Positions 8,474 through 18,089 of a stretch of 29,767 nt of DNA are shown here, one piece after another. The notes beneath the pieces were generated by a model that had not been told where the DNA came from, searched no databases, and worked only from the letters and a program-made list of their open reading frames with translations. The position numbers and the translations under genes are program-made. How positions within the stretch are numbered: the first letter of the stretch is position 1; each line of letters opens with the position of its first letter. The stretch is from IMG/VR virus record IMGVR_UViG_2534681604_000009; one strand, 5' to 3'. The DNA comes from a virus. Taxonomy: Duplodnaviria; Heunggongvirae; Uroviricota; Caudoviricetes.

Positions 8474-10251
8474 TATGCCAGCCTCACAATATAGTTAAAT
8501 GCGATGTTTTTAACGGTGTTTTCTGAATTACCCGTAGCATTTACCGTGATGGTATGTCCGTGCGCCCCCAATGCCACAGTGTGTGCATGGGCACCAATAC
8601 CTACGGTGTGGTTATGTTGACCAATGTCGACAGTATGAGCATGGTTCCCTGCTGCACTTGATGTTCCATTAAATGATGGATTATCAAAACCTGTATAACC
8701 GGTTTCACTGTTGGTTCTGGCATTACCCCTGTAAATGGTATGGGTATGATTACCTGTTGTATTGGTGGTTTTGGTGCCATGGTTAAACGTGCTGACTGTC
8801 TTCGTGCCGTAATCAAATGAACTTGTCGTTTTCGTTCCTAAATCCGTATTTGACGCACTGGCGCTGTGAGTATGCGATTTAATACCGTCCTGTTCCTGAG
8901 ACAATACAGCACGACCACTAGCGGGTTTACCCTTGATTATCCAGCCGCGCAAATCTGGAATCACTCCTGACGGATAAGCGACTGCAAGCAGGGGATAGGC
9001 TGCTTTATCAAAAGTCTGCCCCTGCATAATGGCATAGCCTGTAGGTACTGAATCAGAAGGCCACGGGATCGGAGCACCTGCCGGAAAGTTGTTGTACCCG
9101 TCATGATGAATCAACTTCCAGCCTTTAAAAACACCTGCGCAAACTGCCGCAAAACCGATTACATCTCCATTAAAATCAATGCCAATAACAGTATTGTATC
9201 CCTGAGTATTGCTGTGTGCAGAGTTGATGTAGTGCTTCCAGGTGTGTCCTCCAGGCATTCCATTCTTTGCTGAGGAAGCATTAAAAAAGCCACCACGCGT
9301 ACGTAAATCAGTAGCAATATCACTTATATTTTCGGCGTACTCATTTAATCCCGCTCCTTTAGGTACTCGCTTGTTTGCATTGTCATTAGCAGCTTTCACT
9401 GCTTTCGGAGTCGCGGCAAGCGTTTCAGAATCGCTGTTGGTGGCACTACTTAGCTGGACAAGCCCTTTTCGTGCCGTGGTGGCGTCCTGTGCGGTGTATT
9501 TGCCATTAGCAAGGTCATATGCTGTCTTAACCGCCTTTGGCGTTGCTGCGAGCGTCTCAGATTCGCTGTTGGTGGCACTACTTAGCTGAACAAGACCTTT
9601 TCGCCCCGTGCTGGCGTCCTGAGCGGTATATTTTCCGTTAGCAAGGTCATACGCTGCCTTAACCGCCTTCGGCGTTGCGGCCAGCGTTTCAGATTCACTA
9701 TTGGTCGCGCTGCTTAACTGAGTAAAACCTTTTGCAGTCAGTGAGGCGTCCGGATGGCGTCGTGACTGTTCGTGCTCTGCAATTTTGTCATCAACGTAAT
9801 CCTGCGTCGCCATCACCGTTGTGGTGTCGATGGTCAGATCCACTGAGGCCACACTGCTGACGATAATGACCATGCGGCAGGTCTGCGAACGTCCTGAGCC
9901 TTCGGCAAGGGCAGGCTTATAACTTTCGGCCATGTTCGCCACGGCAATTAACGCACCGGTATCATCGTACAGACCAAGTTCACGCATCCAGAAACCGCCC
10001 ACCTCCGGCGGGATGACCAGCTCTGCGATAATATAATTACTGTGTCGATTGTCCTGACTGATTTTATTCAGGGCATGTCGCCAGACCTCATTAACAAGTT
10101 TTGTCTGTCCGGCATCCGGCACCGGCAATTGACCGCCACCGTCCCCGACGGCCATCGTGGTAATGTTGACCTTCCTGCCTCCCGGTGCAGTCGCCGCTGC
10201 CAGCTTTGCTGCACCGGCAGTAGTGATAACGGTTTGGAACTTTACGCTCAT
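8473..10251 (-). CDS. H: Tail fibre protein H
   Basis: 592-aa ORF with a conserved P2-like N-terminus, internal tandem repeats and a C-terminal region rich in HxH motifs (HTH, HAH, HNH, HGH). Confidence 0.9.
   Translation of the reverse strand: MSVKFQTVITTAGAAKLAAATAPGGRKVNITTMAVGDGGGQLPVPDAGQTKLVNEVWRHALNKISQDNRHSNYIIAELVIPPEVGGFWMRELGLYDDTGALIAVANMAESYKPALAEGSGRSQTCRMVIIVSSVASVDLTIDTTTVMATQDYVDDKIAEHEQSRRHPDASLTAKGFTQLSSATNSESETLAATPKAVKAAYDLANGKYTAQDASTGRKGLVQLSSATNSESETLAATPKAVKTAYDLANGKYTAQDATTARKGLVQLSSATNSDSETLAATPKAVKAANDNANKRVPKGAGLNEYAENISDIATDLRTRGGFFNASSAKNGMPGGHTWKHYINSAHSNTQGYNTVIGIDFNGDVIGFAAVCAGVFKGWKLIHHDGYNNFPAGAPIPWPSDSVPTGYAIMQGQTFDKAAYPLLAVAYPSGVIPDLRGWIIKGKPASGRAVLSQEQDGIKSHTHSASASNTDLGTKTTSSFDYGTKTVSTFNHGTKTTNTTGNHTHTIYRGNARTNSETGYTGFDNPSFNGTSSAAGNHAHTVDIGQHNHTVGIGAHAHTVALGAHGHTITVNATGNSENTVKNIAFNYIVRLA
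9382..9725. repeat. Tandem repeat of about 126 bp, about 2.7 copies, inside H
   Basis: Three near-identical protein units [35 protein letters not shown](S/T)T(G/A)RKGLVQ at H residues about 179..290. The DNA repeats are visible at 9400..9720. Confidence 0.7.
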
Positions 10252-10261
10252 TATTCCTCAC

Positions 10262-10792
10262 TTATCCTGGGTAAACCGTAATAACATCGCCGTCATAAGC
10301 CACACCACCGGCAAACAGATAACCGGGGATGTCCTGGGTAATATTCAGACCAATAAGGTGACGACTTGCAGGTTTGGCATCGGCAATCAGCCGTTCCATT
10401 TCCAGATACATCTCCTCCGTGATGCCGCTTTCCAGTACGCCGATATCAAGCCGGAAGGTGCCGGGCGGGTCGCTGTTTTCCCACCACTCCGTCACGTTGA
10501 TGAGATAGCCGAGCGGCTCCACCACACGCCGGATTGCGCCGACAGTGCCTTTATGACAATGAATGAAATAGGCATCGCGGATAACGGCGCGTTTTGTCGC
10601 TTCCGGCCACTTTTCATCCCACCTGTCGACCGAAAACGCCCACGCCAGCCACGGCAGCAGATTTGCCGGACAGGTATCCGGGTTCCACAGCTCACGAATA
10701 CTGACCGGCGTTTTTTCAATTTCCGCACAGGCTTTTGCGGCGGCGACTTCAAGCAGTGATGAGCCGGTCGGCAGCAGTCGCGAATCACTCAT
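10262..10792 (-). CDS. I: Baseplate assembly protein I
   Basis: 176-aa ORF overlapping the J stop by 8 nt. Synteny and size match P2 gpI. Confidence 0.88.
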   Translation of the reverse strand: MSDSRLLPTGSSLLEVAAAKACAEIEKTPVSIRELWNPDTCPANLLPWLAWAFSVDRWDEKWPEATKRAVIRDAYFIHCHKGTVGAIRRVVEPLGYLINVTEWWENSDPPGTFRLDIGVLESGITEEMYLEMERLIADAKPASRHLIGLNITQDIPGYLFAGGVAYDGDVITVYPG

Positions 10793-11693
10793 CCGAGCCT
10801 CCGGTCACGACGCGGTATTCGGTACAGAAAGACGCCTGCGTACTGTTGAGCACGATGTCGGCCAGCGGTGCAGCCAGTTCGACACGCTGCACACCTTCCA
10901 CATGCAAAGCGGCATAAATGGCAGACAGACGGATGTCGCGCCCCAGCCGGTGCTGTGCCGTGATGTACGCTTCCAGCTTTTTCACGGCGGCAGCGCGGAT
11001 GGGTTCACTTTCTGGACCAGGGTAAAGGTAAAGCGTGGCGTTTATCTGGTATTCAACGATGGCGGCAGACTGCACGGTCACGCGGTCGGCCACCGGCCTG
11101 ACGTCCTCGCCATTAAGGGCGTTGCGCACCACCGCCAGCAGGTCTTCGGATGCGACACCGTTATTTTCGCGAGACAGCACGGAGATAGTGACGCAGGCCG
11201 GAGACGGACTGGTGACAGAGATATCCGCGACACGCCCGTCGGCACTGCGGCCATGATACTGATAGGCTCCCACCGACCCGGCGACGCTTAAGCCCTCAAA
11301 CGCCTGCTGAATACGCAGACGGTAATCGGTGTCAGACTCCATCACTTCCGGTGTCGGCGGGATGGTCGAATCATCTGCCGGGGTGATAGTCAGGCGCGTG
11401 GTGTTGTAATTGGCACCAATCACATCAAGGTCATTACCGGCGGCACAGGCCAGCATCACCGCCCGTGCGGCCTCATTCACGCGCTGACGCCAGATAAGCT
11501 CACGATAAGCATTCTCCTCCAGCAGTTTGACGAGAGGCTCGGATTCCAGCGTCAGGGTACGGGCGACCGCCTCCTGCTGGTCTTCCGGGTAAAGGGAAAT
11601 CAGTGTCGTCTTGCGTTCGGCAAGAATGGTTTCAAAGTCCAGCTCCTCGACCACATCCGGTGCGGGTAGCTGGTTCAGGTCGATAATCGGCAT
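10785..11693 (-). CDS. J: Baseplate assembly protein J
   Basis: 302-aa ORF. Synteny and size match P2 gpJ. Confidence 0.9.
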   Translation of the reverse strand: MPIIDLNQLPAPDVVEELDFETILAERKTTLISLYPEDQQEAVARTLTLESEPLVKLLEENAYRELIWRQRVNEAARAVMLACAAGNDLDVIGANYNTTRLTITPADDSTIPPTPEVMESDTDYRLRIQQAFEGLSVAGSVGAYQYHGRSADGRVADISVTSPSPACVTISVLSRENNGVASEDLLAVVRNALNGEDVRPVADRVTVQSAAIVEYQINATLYLYPGPESEPIRAAAVKKLEAYITAQHRLGRDIRLSAIYAALHVEGVQRVELAAPLADIVLNSTQASFCTEYRVVTGGSDE

Positions 11694-11697
11694 GGTT

Positions 11698-12045
11698 TCA
11701 ACTCACAGGGATGGTTAACGAAAGTGGCTGGCCGGTGTCGTTGTGCTGACCGGTTAACGTGACCGTCATTCGCCCGTCAAAACTGCGCGCCGTGGTGACG
11801 GATGACAGGGTGACGCGGGGTTCCCATTTCAGCACTGCCATGTAACAGGCGACCTTAATCTGCAACTCAAGCGCCGGAGTCTGCGGCTGGTCAATCATTG
11901 ACGCCAGCAACGAGCCGTAATCTCGACGCATCACCCGTGAGCCGACCGGTGTGCGCAGGATATCGCCGATACTCTGGCTGATATGCTCAAGGTCAGTGAC
12001 AGTCAGGCCATCACTGCGATTCATTCCGAGATAACGTGCTGTCAT
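11698..12045 (-). CDS. W: Baseplate wedge protein W (gp25-like)
   Basis: 115-aa ORF between V and J, overlapping V by 4 nt. Confidence 0.88.
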   Translation of the reverse strand: MTARYLGMNRSDGLTVTDLEHISQSIGDILRTPVGSRVMRRDYGSLLASMIDQPQTPALELQIKVACYMAVLKWEPRVTLSSVTTARSFDGRMTVTLTGQHNDTGQPLSLTIPVS

Positions 12046-12677
12046 AGAGGACTCCCGGTTGTGCCGCCGCTGTCGCCGGGGTGTTTATGGGTATGCAGTA
12101 CCTTACCGTTTGATGAGAGTTCACCGCCGGTGTGTTCAATGTTGCCGCGCATCGTCCCGCCCTTCTGCACTTCCAGCGTGCCGGTAGTCAGCTTGTTGGT
12201 GCAGACCACCTCCGGCGTGTCCAGAGTGACGCGGGTTGATGCTTTCACCGTGACCACCGGCACCGTGGCAGTAACAGAATCAGAAGCAGTCACGCTGGCC
12301 GTTTTAATTCCGCTTACCGTGAGTGCACTGGTTTCAGGTTCATACTCAATCACCGCCCCGTCAGGGAAACGGATATGCAGGGCATCCGCCGACGCAGACG
12401 GCGCGGGGTTATCACCGGAATAAATCCCCGGCAGAACAAACGCCGTGTCAAGTTCACCACCCACGGCCAGAATCAGCACCTGTTCCCCCACGGAAGGTGC
12501 CCACCATGTGCGCGAACGACCGGCGCGATGGGTCAGCCACTGAAGCCAGTCGGTGCACATGCCGCCGGTCTGCACACGGCAACGACCGGCGTCAAGGTCG
12601 GTTTCGACGACAAGGCCGGTACGAATCATGTTGCGCAGTGCGCGCGCGAGTTCCTGAATATTTGCGAGAGTGTTCAT
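12042..12677 (-). CDS. V: Baseplate central spike protein V
   Basis: 211-aa ORF and first gene of the V-to-G block. Confidence 0.88.
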   Translation of the reverse strand: MNTLANIQELARALRNMIRTGLVVETDLDAGRCRVQTGGMCTDWLQWLTHRAGRSRTWWAPSVGEQVLILAVGGELDTAFVLPGIYSGDNPAPSASADALHIRFPDGAVIEYEPETSALTVSGIKTASVTASDSVTATVPVVTVKASTRVTLDTPEVVCTNKLTTGTLEVQKGGTMRGNIEHTGGELSSNGKVLHTHKHPGDSGGTTGSPL

Positions 12678-12743
12678 AACGGGAAGGATGCCGCCGGGTC
12701 ATACCGGCGGCAATGTGACGATGAGGTGTCAGGAATGGCACAA
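12678..12743 (-). promoter_or_regulatory. S/V intergenic region; expected Ogr-dependent late promoter for the V operon, with a hairpin
   Basis: Placed by synteny with P2 P_V. A 9-bp-stem hairpin is at 12689..12712 (tGCCGCCGG-gtcata-CCGGCGGCa). Only an imperfect TGT-N12-ACC element is present on the - strand. Confidence 0.35.
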
Positions 12744-13196
12744 CTAACGGTCGAGGTGAGCCAGAATAATCTCTTCAATCATCTGCACATCCTCACCGGT
12801 AAAGCCGAGCAGAGGACGCGCCGGATAATCAATTTTCTTACCGTCTTTCCGGGTTTCTTCCGACAGACCGAACTGATGCACGCTGGCGATTTTCGGTGAC
12901 TTCCCGCCGTAAAACTCCATTGATGCCTGTTCCGGGCTGGCGCGGATATGCAAAAAACGACTGGTGATAAGTTTCGCAAACATTTTTCGCTTAACACGAC
13001 CAGTCTTTTTTCTGGCGCTCTGCTGCTGGCGTGGCGCGTAGGGTGTGCCGTCCGGGGCTTTCTGAGCCATCACCCGACGCTGCTGACTCTGCCGCAGACG
13101 TTTCGCCAGTTCGGCACTCAGTCGCCGACGCCCTGACGGTGACAGCGACTCAATCAGTCCGGTCAGCCGGTCTTCAAAACGCTTAAACTCATTCAT
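12744..13196 (-). CDS. S: Tail completion protein S
   Basis: 150-aa ORF overlapping the R stop. Synteny and size match P2 gpS. Confidence 0.85.
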   Translation of the reverse strand: MNEFKRFEDRLTGLIESLSPSGRRRLSAELAKRLRQSQQRRVMAQKAPDGTPYAPRQQQSARKKTGRVKRKMFAKLITSRFLHIRASPEQASMEFYGGKSPKIASVHQFGLSEETRKDGKKIDYPARPLLGFTGEDVQMIEEIILAHLDR

Positions 13197-13656
13197 CCCA
13201 CTTGCTCACCAGTTCGCCATTAATATAAAGCTCCATCGGGCGGGTGACCGGCTCCGGCGGCGTGGGTTCCGGGATATTCTTCACATGCAGCGCGCCGTCC
13301 ACCTCACTGACCAGCGTGCGCTCGGTCAGCATCAGGCTGATGCTGATATCAAAGCTGCTGTCATTGTTGATGTCTGCATAAAACGTGAAGCCCTTTTTCT
13401 GGCCTGCGTCGGTGGTCATGATGTCGGGCTGATTTTCCCGCAGCCACGCCAGCACCGGCACGATGAGCAGGTCAAAATCACCGGTAAAGTCGGTCACAAT
13501 GACATTGAGCGTGTAACGCTTTTCGAATGACATAGACGTCGCCAGTGTGGAGGCAATACTCCCGTTATCCACGAATATCCGCAGCATCTCGGGACTGGTT
13601 TTCAGCACCGTGACGGCATCAGTCAGCGCCCTGCGCAGGCTGTCGGGTTTGAGCAT
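13189..13656 (-). CDS. R: Tail completion protein R
   Basis: 155-aa ORF. Synteny and size match P2 gpR. Confidence 0.85.
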   Translation of the reverse strand: MLKPDSLRRALTDAVTVLKTSPEMLRIFVDNGSIASTLATSMSFEKRYTLNVIVTDFTGDFDLLIVPVLAWLRENQPDIMTTDAGQKKGFTFYADINNDSSFDISISLMLTERTLVSEVDGALHVKNIPEPTPPEPVTRPMELYINGELVSKWDE

Positions 13657-13909
13657 CGTTTTCGTCCTGACAGTGTTTAATCATTTTTACCTGGCTGGCA
13701 CAGCGTGCCAGCGCGTTCTCAAGCTGCCGGATATCGGCACTTAAATCGCCGTTCTTCTGCGGGTCACTGCCCGGCATCGGGCAAAGACTCACTTTCGGGC
13801 AGGCGTTGTGGACAATCACTGGCGTCAGTGCAGGCGGGGCGCTGGTGCAACCGGCGCACAGCATCAGGCAGGTCAGCACCGTACCAGCGGCGAAAATCTT
13901 CGTTTTCAT
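13619..13909 (-). CDS. lysC: LysC, Rz1-like outer-membrane lipoprotein spanin
   Basis: I trimmed the track ORF 13619..14026 to the internal ATG at 13907..13909, which is preceded by GAGG. The product MKTKIFAAGTVLTCLMLCAGC... has a lipoprotein signal and lipobox, and at 96 aa matches P2 LysC. It starts inside lysB in another frame and runs into R. Confidence 0.75.
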   Translation of the reverse strand: MKTKIFAAGTVLTCLMLCAGCTSAPPALTPVIVHNACPKVSLCPMPGSDPQKNGDLSADIRQLENALARCASQVKMIKHCQDENDAQTRQPAQGAD

Positions 13910-14189
13910 TAAGTAACCTCGTGATGGTTTTCTCGCGCTGTGCTTCACGCTTCGCGGCGTTCTCCAGCTCCTGACGCAGTGCCACCTGCGCCAGCTCGTT
14001 TTTGTCTGCCCTGGTGAGGGCAACATGAAGCTGATTTTTCAGCATGGTGATGGTCACCTGCTGTTCACCGGCGACGCTGTTCGCCCTGTCCAGTGAGGTG
14101 CGCAGGCTGGCATTTTTGTGTTTCACCAGAAACAGACCGGACACCGCCAGCGATAACAACACGACCAGCATAATCATCAGCTTTGACAT
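13764..14189 (-). CDS. lysB: LysB, Rz-like inner-membrane spanin
   Basis: 141-aa ORF with an N-terminal transmembrane helix (MSKLMIMLVVLLSLAVSGLFLV) and a charged coiled-coil periplasmic part. Confidence 0.8.
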   Translation of the reverse strand: MSKLMIMLVVLLSLAVSGLFLVKHKNASLRTSLDRANSVAGEQQVTITMLKNQLHVALTRADKNELAQVALRQELENAAKREAQREKTITRLLNENEDFRRWYGADLPDAVRRLHQRPACTDASDCPQRLPESESLPDAGQ

Positions 14190-14602
14190 AGTTCCCGCTC
14201 CTCAAAACGCTGACGGCAGGCCGTACGTATCAGCCGGAAGAACACCGATGCCACGAGATAAATCAGCGCGGTAAAAATCCACCCGGCAGCGACCAGCGAG
14301 ATAAACGTCGCCACCATCACCACCAGAGCCACTGACCGCCTGCACCACGTCACCGGCTGCAAAAACAGCGACGAGACAATCTGCACATCCAGAGATTCTG
14401 GCGGCAGCTCGCGCCCGTAGCGTTCCAGCACATACTCAGTGGCATACACGCCGACACCACCGGCAACCACACAGATAACCGTCGCCAGAATCGCCCAGGC
14501 GGCGACAAAATTGACGGCCACGCTCTGCGGGTAAATCAGGGACAGTGCCAGCATCAGCGCCAGCGACACGTTCAGCATCAGTGAAAGGGATAATTTTTTC
14601 AT
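14177..14602 (-). CDS. lysA: LysA, multi-pass membrane protein (lysis timing, putative antiholin)
   Basis: 141-aa ORF with several hydrophobic segments, located between K and lysB as in P2. Confidence 0.8.
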   Translation of the reverse strand: MKKLSLSLMLNVSLALMLALSLIYPQSVAVNFVAAWAILATVICVVAGGVGVYATEYVLERYGRELPPESLDVQIVSSLFLQPVTWCRRSVALVVMVATFISLVAAGWIFTALIYLVASVFFRLIRTACRQRFEERELCQS

Positions 14603-14616
14603 GGTGTTTACTCCGT

Positions 14617-15114
14617 TTAAGCCGGTACGCCGCCAGCGGTACGCCAGACGGTGACCAGTTTTTCCAGTGAATGCTCACGCTGACCGTAACCGGCCCCCGG
14701 CAGGGACGCCCAGATATTGCGACAGCGTGAAATGGCGCGCTCAATGCGCCCCGCCCGGATGTCATCCAGCGCACCGCGTTCGCGGATCAACTGAATGGCG
14801 AGTCTGTCCTGCGACAACGGACTGAAATCCGGCAGGGCAAGCTGTTTGCGGTAGTGCGGCCAGAACAGGTAAAGCTGCTGATAGCGACCGGAGGCCGTGG
14901 ATTTTTCACCGCGACGGTTAAACACCTTCGCCGGTCGGCCATGCGCGAACGGGTGGTCACTGTAGTCGGTGAAAATTTCCGGCTTTCCGTCCAGTCCGGT
15001 GACTATCACGTCATAGCCCCGGTTTTTCGTCAGCGGATGATTCGCCGTCCCTTCGGACACTGCCAGCATGTCGAGAAAGGCCGCGATATTCTGATGCGTG
15101 TTAATTACCGGCAT
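14617..15114 (-). CDS. K: Endolysin K (lambda R-like lytic transglycosylase)
   Basis: 165-aa ORF with clear similarity to lambda R as I remember it (FLDMLAVSEGT, GYDVIV, FTDYSDHP, NIWASLPGAGYGQ). Confidence 0.9.
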   Translation of the reverse strand: MPVINTHQNIAAFLDMLAVSEGTANHPLTKNRGYDVIVTGLDGKPEIFTDYSDHPFAHGRPAKVFNRRGEKSTASGRYQQLYLFWPHYRKQLALPDFSPLSQDRLAIQLIRERGALDDIRAGRIERAISRCRNIWASLPGAGYGQREHSLEKLVTVWRTAGGVPA

Positions 15115-15395
15115 TACGGTTTCCCCCTGCCCTTAAAACGGCGCTGAATGGCAATCTCAATCACCTGATAACCGGCGATACCCAGCATGGAGCCGATGCC
15201 GCACACCGCAGGCAGTGACAGGTCAGGAAACTGCACCAGAACAACACCGGCAACCATCGAGACAAAACCACCGAGCAACATGCGCCCGATAAACAGACGC
15301 GGGGTGATGGGTTCACCACCGGCAAGCACCTTGCCGACAACAATCAGCACCCCAATCATGAAAAGCGACAGGACGCTTTTTTCTTCTGCTGTCAT
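15114..15395 (-). CDS. Y: Holin Y
   Basis: 93-aa ORF with hydrophobic helices and a basic C-terminus, located upstream of K. Confidence 0.85.
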   Translation of the reverse strand: MTAEEKSVLSLFMIGVLIVVGKVLAGGEPITPRLFIGRMLLGGFVSMVAGVVLVQFPDLSLPAVCGIGSMLGIAGYQVIEIAIQRRFKGRGKP

Positions 15396-15398
15396 GCG

Positions 15399-15602
15399 TT
15401 ACTCCCACAGATTGACAGTTTCAGCCACGGGCGCGGTCTGAACGTCGGGCAGTTCGACGGCGGTGCCGTGCGGCAGCACCGCGCCCAGTTCAGCCAGTCC
15501 CGGATTTGCGGCGAGCACGGCCTCGACCACGCCCTCAGTGCGCCCGTAATACCGGACACAGATGGCGTCGAGCGTGTCGCCCTGTAGCGCAAAGGTCTTC
15601 AT
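15399..15602 (-). CDS. X: Tail protein X (LysM-like)
   Basis: Trimmed from the track ORF to the Met that gives the 67-aa product MKTFALQGDTLDAICVRYYGRTEG... The ATG at 15600..15602 overlaps the L stop. Confidence 0.8.
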   Translation of the reverse strand: MKTFALQGDTLDAICVRYYGRTEGVVEAVLAANPGLAELGAVLPHGTAVELPDVQTAPVAETVNLWE

Positions 15603-16111
15603 CAGATTTGACTCACGATGCAGCGCGGCTTGTCCTGGATTCGCGCCACCGCCCAGCGCATATCCCGCCACAGTTCATCAATGGTGCTGTCAATGCTGTC
15701 AGCCTTCTTGTCGCCTTTCGCACTGGCATCCACGCCGCGATAACGCTCATAAAGCGACGCGGTCGCCATCGCGCACACGGCGCGCTCGTAGTAAAAAACC
15801 TTGATGCTTTCACCGTCGATGTCGTCCGCCGGAACGTCCGCCAGACGCGTAAAACCGGCAGCAATTTTCTGTTCGCGGTACTCGTACAGCTCCGCATTCG
15901 TTTCAGCCATGCCTGACTTGATGGCCTCACGCAGACGGGCGGGGGCGACGGTCTGCTCAAGGCGCATACGTTCCCGGACGCGCTTCGGGTCGATATCGGG
16001 AAAAAAGAACGTGTTTTTAATCACCGGCTCGTCGCCTGCCGGTTGCGGGATGACCACCGTACCCTCACCGGACACGGGAGCCTCCTTTCGCGGAATAATC
16101 AGCGTCATCAT
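15602..16111 (-). CDS. L: Capsid completion protein L
   Basis: Trimmed from the track ORF to the ATG at 16109..16111, which is preceded by AGAGG. This gives a 169-aa product MMTLIIPRKEAP.... Confidence 0.85.
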   Translation of the reverse strand: MMTLIIPRKEAPVSGEGTVVIPQPAGDEPVIKNTFFFPDIDPKRVRERMRLEQTVAPARLREAIKSGMAETNAELYEYREQKIAAGFTRLADVPADDIDGESIKVFYYERAVCAMATASLYERYRGVDASAKGDKKADSIDSTIDELWRDMRWAVARIQDKPRCIVSQI

Positions 16112-16210
16112 GACTACCTCTGAAAAGTCGGGCGGTGGACGCCGGTGCAGTGTCAGGTGATTCACCCTCACTGACCGGCGTGCCGCCCTGGCGCGGGGCG
16201 CATTCGGTTG

Positions 16211-16954
16211 TTAACTGGCTTTCTTTTTCGGGCGTCCACGTTTTGCCGGTGTCACGCTCCGGGTCTTACGCGGGGCGCGGGTGGCCGCTTTGGGCTGCGG
16301 CTCCGGCTTCGGTTTCAGCTCCCGCTCCAGTCGTTCAATCTCTTTTTTGACGCCTGCCTGACAGTCGAGCTGTGTCGCACGTTGCAGGTGCGCCAGCGCA
16401 CCGGCGGCATCACCAGCGTCACGCAGAAACAGACCGGTGATTTTGTGCAGCTTTGCGCGCACTTCATCAGGCATGTCTGCCGTGGCGGTAAGTTCAAGGG
16501 TCTCCGTCAGCAGGCGGGTATCCACGGATTCACCGGCAGCGTGAGCGCGCATGGCCGCAAGCGCCACCTCCTCGGTGAACATGTACGGCGGGGTGCGGCG
16601 GTGTTTACCCGGCATGGTCAGACCGTACTTCAGGGCATAACGGGCAATCTCCAGCGCACCGGCAATATCGCCGGTATCCAGACGCCACAGCATGACCGTC
16701 ATCAGAATGTCATCCTGTGCGCCTTTGCCCTGCTCCAGCACGCCGTTCACCCACGGCAACCAGAACGGCAGCAGTTCGCGCTTTTTCGCGGCCTTCAGCT
16801 CTTTTGAATAAATCGCTTTCAGTGTGCGCTGGTCTGCGGCGAGCTTAACCAGCATCTGCTCATAGACAGTTGCATGTCGCAGCGGGGCGGCTTCCCGCTG
16901 CGCGGTCATCGCTGCCGAGACCCGCATCATGTGGCGCTGTGCGGGACTCGTCAT
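16211..16954 (-). CDS. M: Terminase endonuclease (small) subunit M
   Basis: 247-aa ORF between N and L with a basic C-terminal tail. Confidence 0.88.
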   Translation of the reverse strand: MTSPAQRHMMRVSAAMTAQREAAPLRHATVYEQMLVKLAADQRTLKAIYSKELKAAKKRELLPFWLPWVNGVLEQGKGAQDDILMTVMLWRLDTGDIAGALEIARYALKYGLTMPGKHRRTPPYMFTEEVALAAMRAHAAGESVDTRLLTETLELTATADMPDEVRAKLHKITGLFLRDAGDAAGALAHLQRATQLDCQAGVKKEIERLERELKPKPEPQPKAATRAPRKTRSVTPAKRGRPKKKAS

Positions 16955-16957
16955 CGG

Positions 16958-18031
16958 TTACGCTCCCGGCTCTGCGGTCGCTTTAGCCGGTGTGGAGAAG
17001 TCACCGACCTTGATTTTTTCCACCAGACAACCGGCGGCGTAGTCTTCCACCACGTAATCAATGTTCATTGACTCGTAGTTCTCCACGCGGTCGAGTTTCG
17101 GGTTTTCCTCAATCACGCGGCGATGGCTGTCATCCATGTAGTAGATGGACAGGTTTTCCAGCTTCGTGATGAGCATCGCATCCGCCGGGAAGTACGGGAC
17201 GCGTACCGCCGGCAGGTTACCGATGCGTTTCTGGCTGATGATGACGTCAGCGGCCAGCATTTCGCTGTTGTCCTGCTCCTTGTTGACGATGGGGAAATAC
17301 TTGTCCGCCAGTAGCTGACGCCCCACAATCACCACAAGGTCAGGGTCTTCCTGATACCACGGCTCAATCAGGTTGTTGGTCGCATCCATCACCAGTGCAT
17401 CAAGGCTGGCATAATCACCGCCCTTACCCACGCGGATAACCTCAGAGGTGGTGCGGCCTTCCTCGTCAGTGACCTTGCTCATCACGCGCGCCGGGGCTTC
17501 ATTGCGGTATTTCTGCAGCCAGCCGACCGCCACATCCTGCAGCATCGGATTGCTGCTGCGGTCAGAGGTTTCGGCACGCTTCACGCCGTTAAAACCGGCC
17601 ATGATGAAATCAAGGGACTGGCGTTTGATAATGGCGTTACGGATACGGAGCTGGAAATCCTGATAACGCGCCCACAGGTCCAGCGTTTTGTAGCGGATAT
17701 AAAAATCGAAGTTAATCTGGTCGCATTCGTACTTACTGGACGCCAGCTTCGAGAAGTCCTTCGGCTGACGCTCGGTGCCACCGGCGGTGTCGGTGGTGCT
17801 GGCGATGGAGCCGGTGACACCGATGCCAATTTTTTCCCCTTTCATTTCGCTGACCGGCACAATGTTGATGCGGGTCAGAAAGTCAGAGGACTCCTGCATG
17901 GTGTTCATCAGGGTCTGGGTGACCGACGGTTCAACGGTGAATTTTTTCGACACATCACCGGCGTCGATGCCGTTCAGTTCGGCAACACGGGACAGGTAGG
18001 CATTAAATTTAAAGCGGGTTTCCTGGCGCAT
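16958..18031 (-). CDS. N: Major capsid protein N
   Basis: 357-aa ORF. Synteny and size match P2 gpN. Confidence 0.9.
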   Translation of the reverse strand: MRQETRFKFNAYLSRVAELNGIDAGDVSKKFTVEPSVTQTLMNTMQESSDFLTRINIVPVSEMKGEKIGIGVTGSIASTTDTAGGTERQPKDFSKLASSKYECDQINFDFYIRYKTLDLWARYQDFQLRIRNAIIKRQSLDFIMAGFNGVKRAETSDRSSNPMLQDVAVGWLQKYRNEAPARVMSKVTDEEGRTTSEVIRVGKGGDYASLDALVMDATNNLIEPWYQEDPDLVVIVGRQLLADKYFPIVNKEQDNSEMLAADVIISQKRIGNLPAVRVPYFPADAMLITKLENLSIYYMDDSHRRVIEENPKLDRVENYESMNIDYVVEDYAAGCLVEKIKVGDFSTPAKATAEPGA

Positions 18032-18089
18032 AGTTTTTCCTGAAATTAAGGGTTAATCGTGAAGGTTTTCCCGGACTGGCTGACGCCGG

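Noticed and set aside
16208-16807. + strand 199-aa ORF antisense to M, and similar ORFs antisense to P, Q, L, N and O
   Set aside because: They overlap confidently assigned phage structural or packaging genes on the other strand, and none has independent support.
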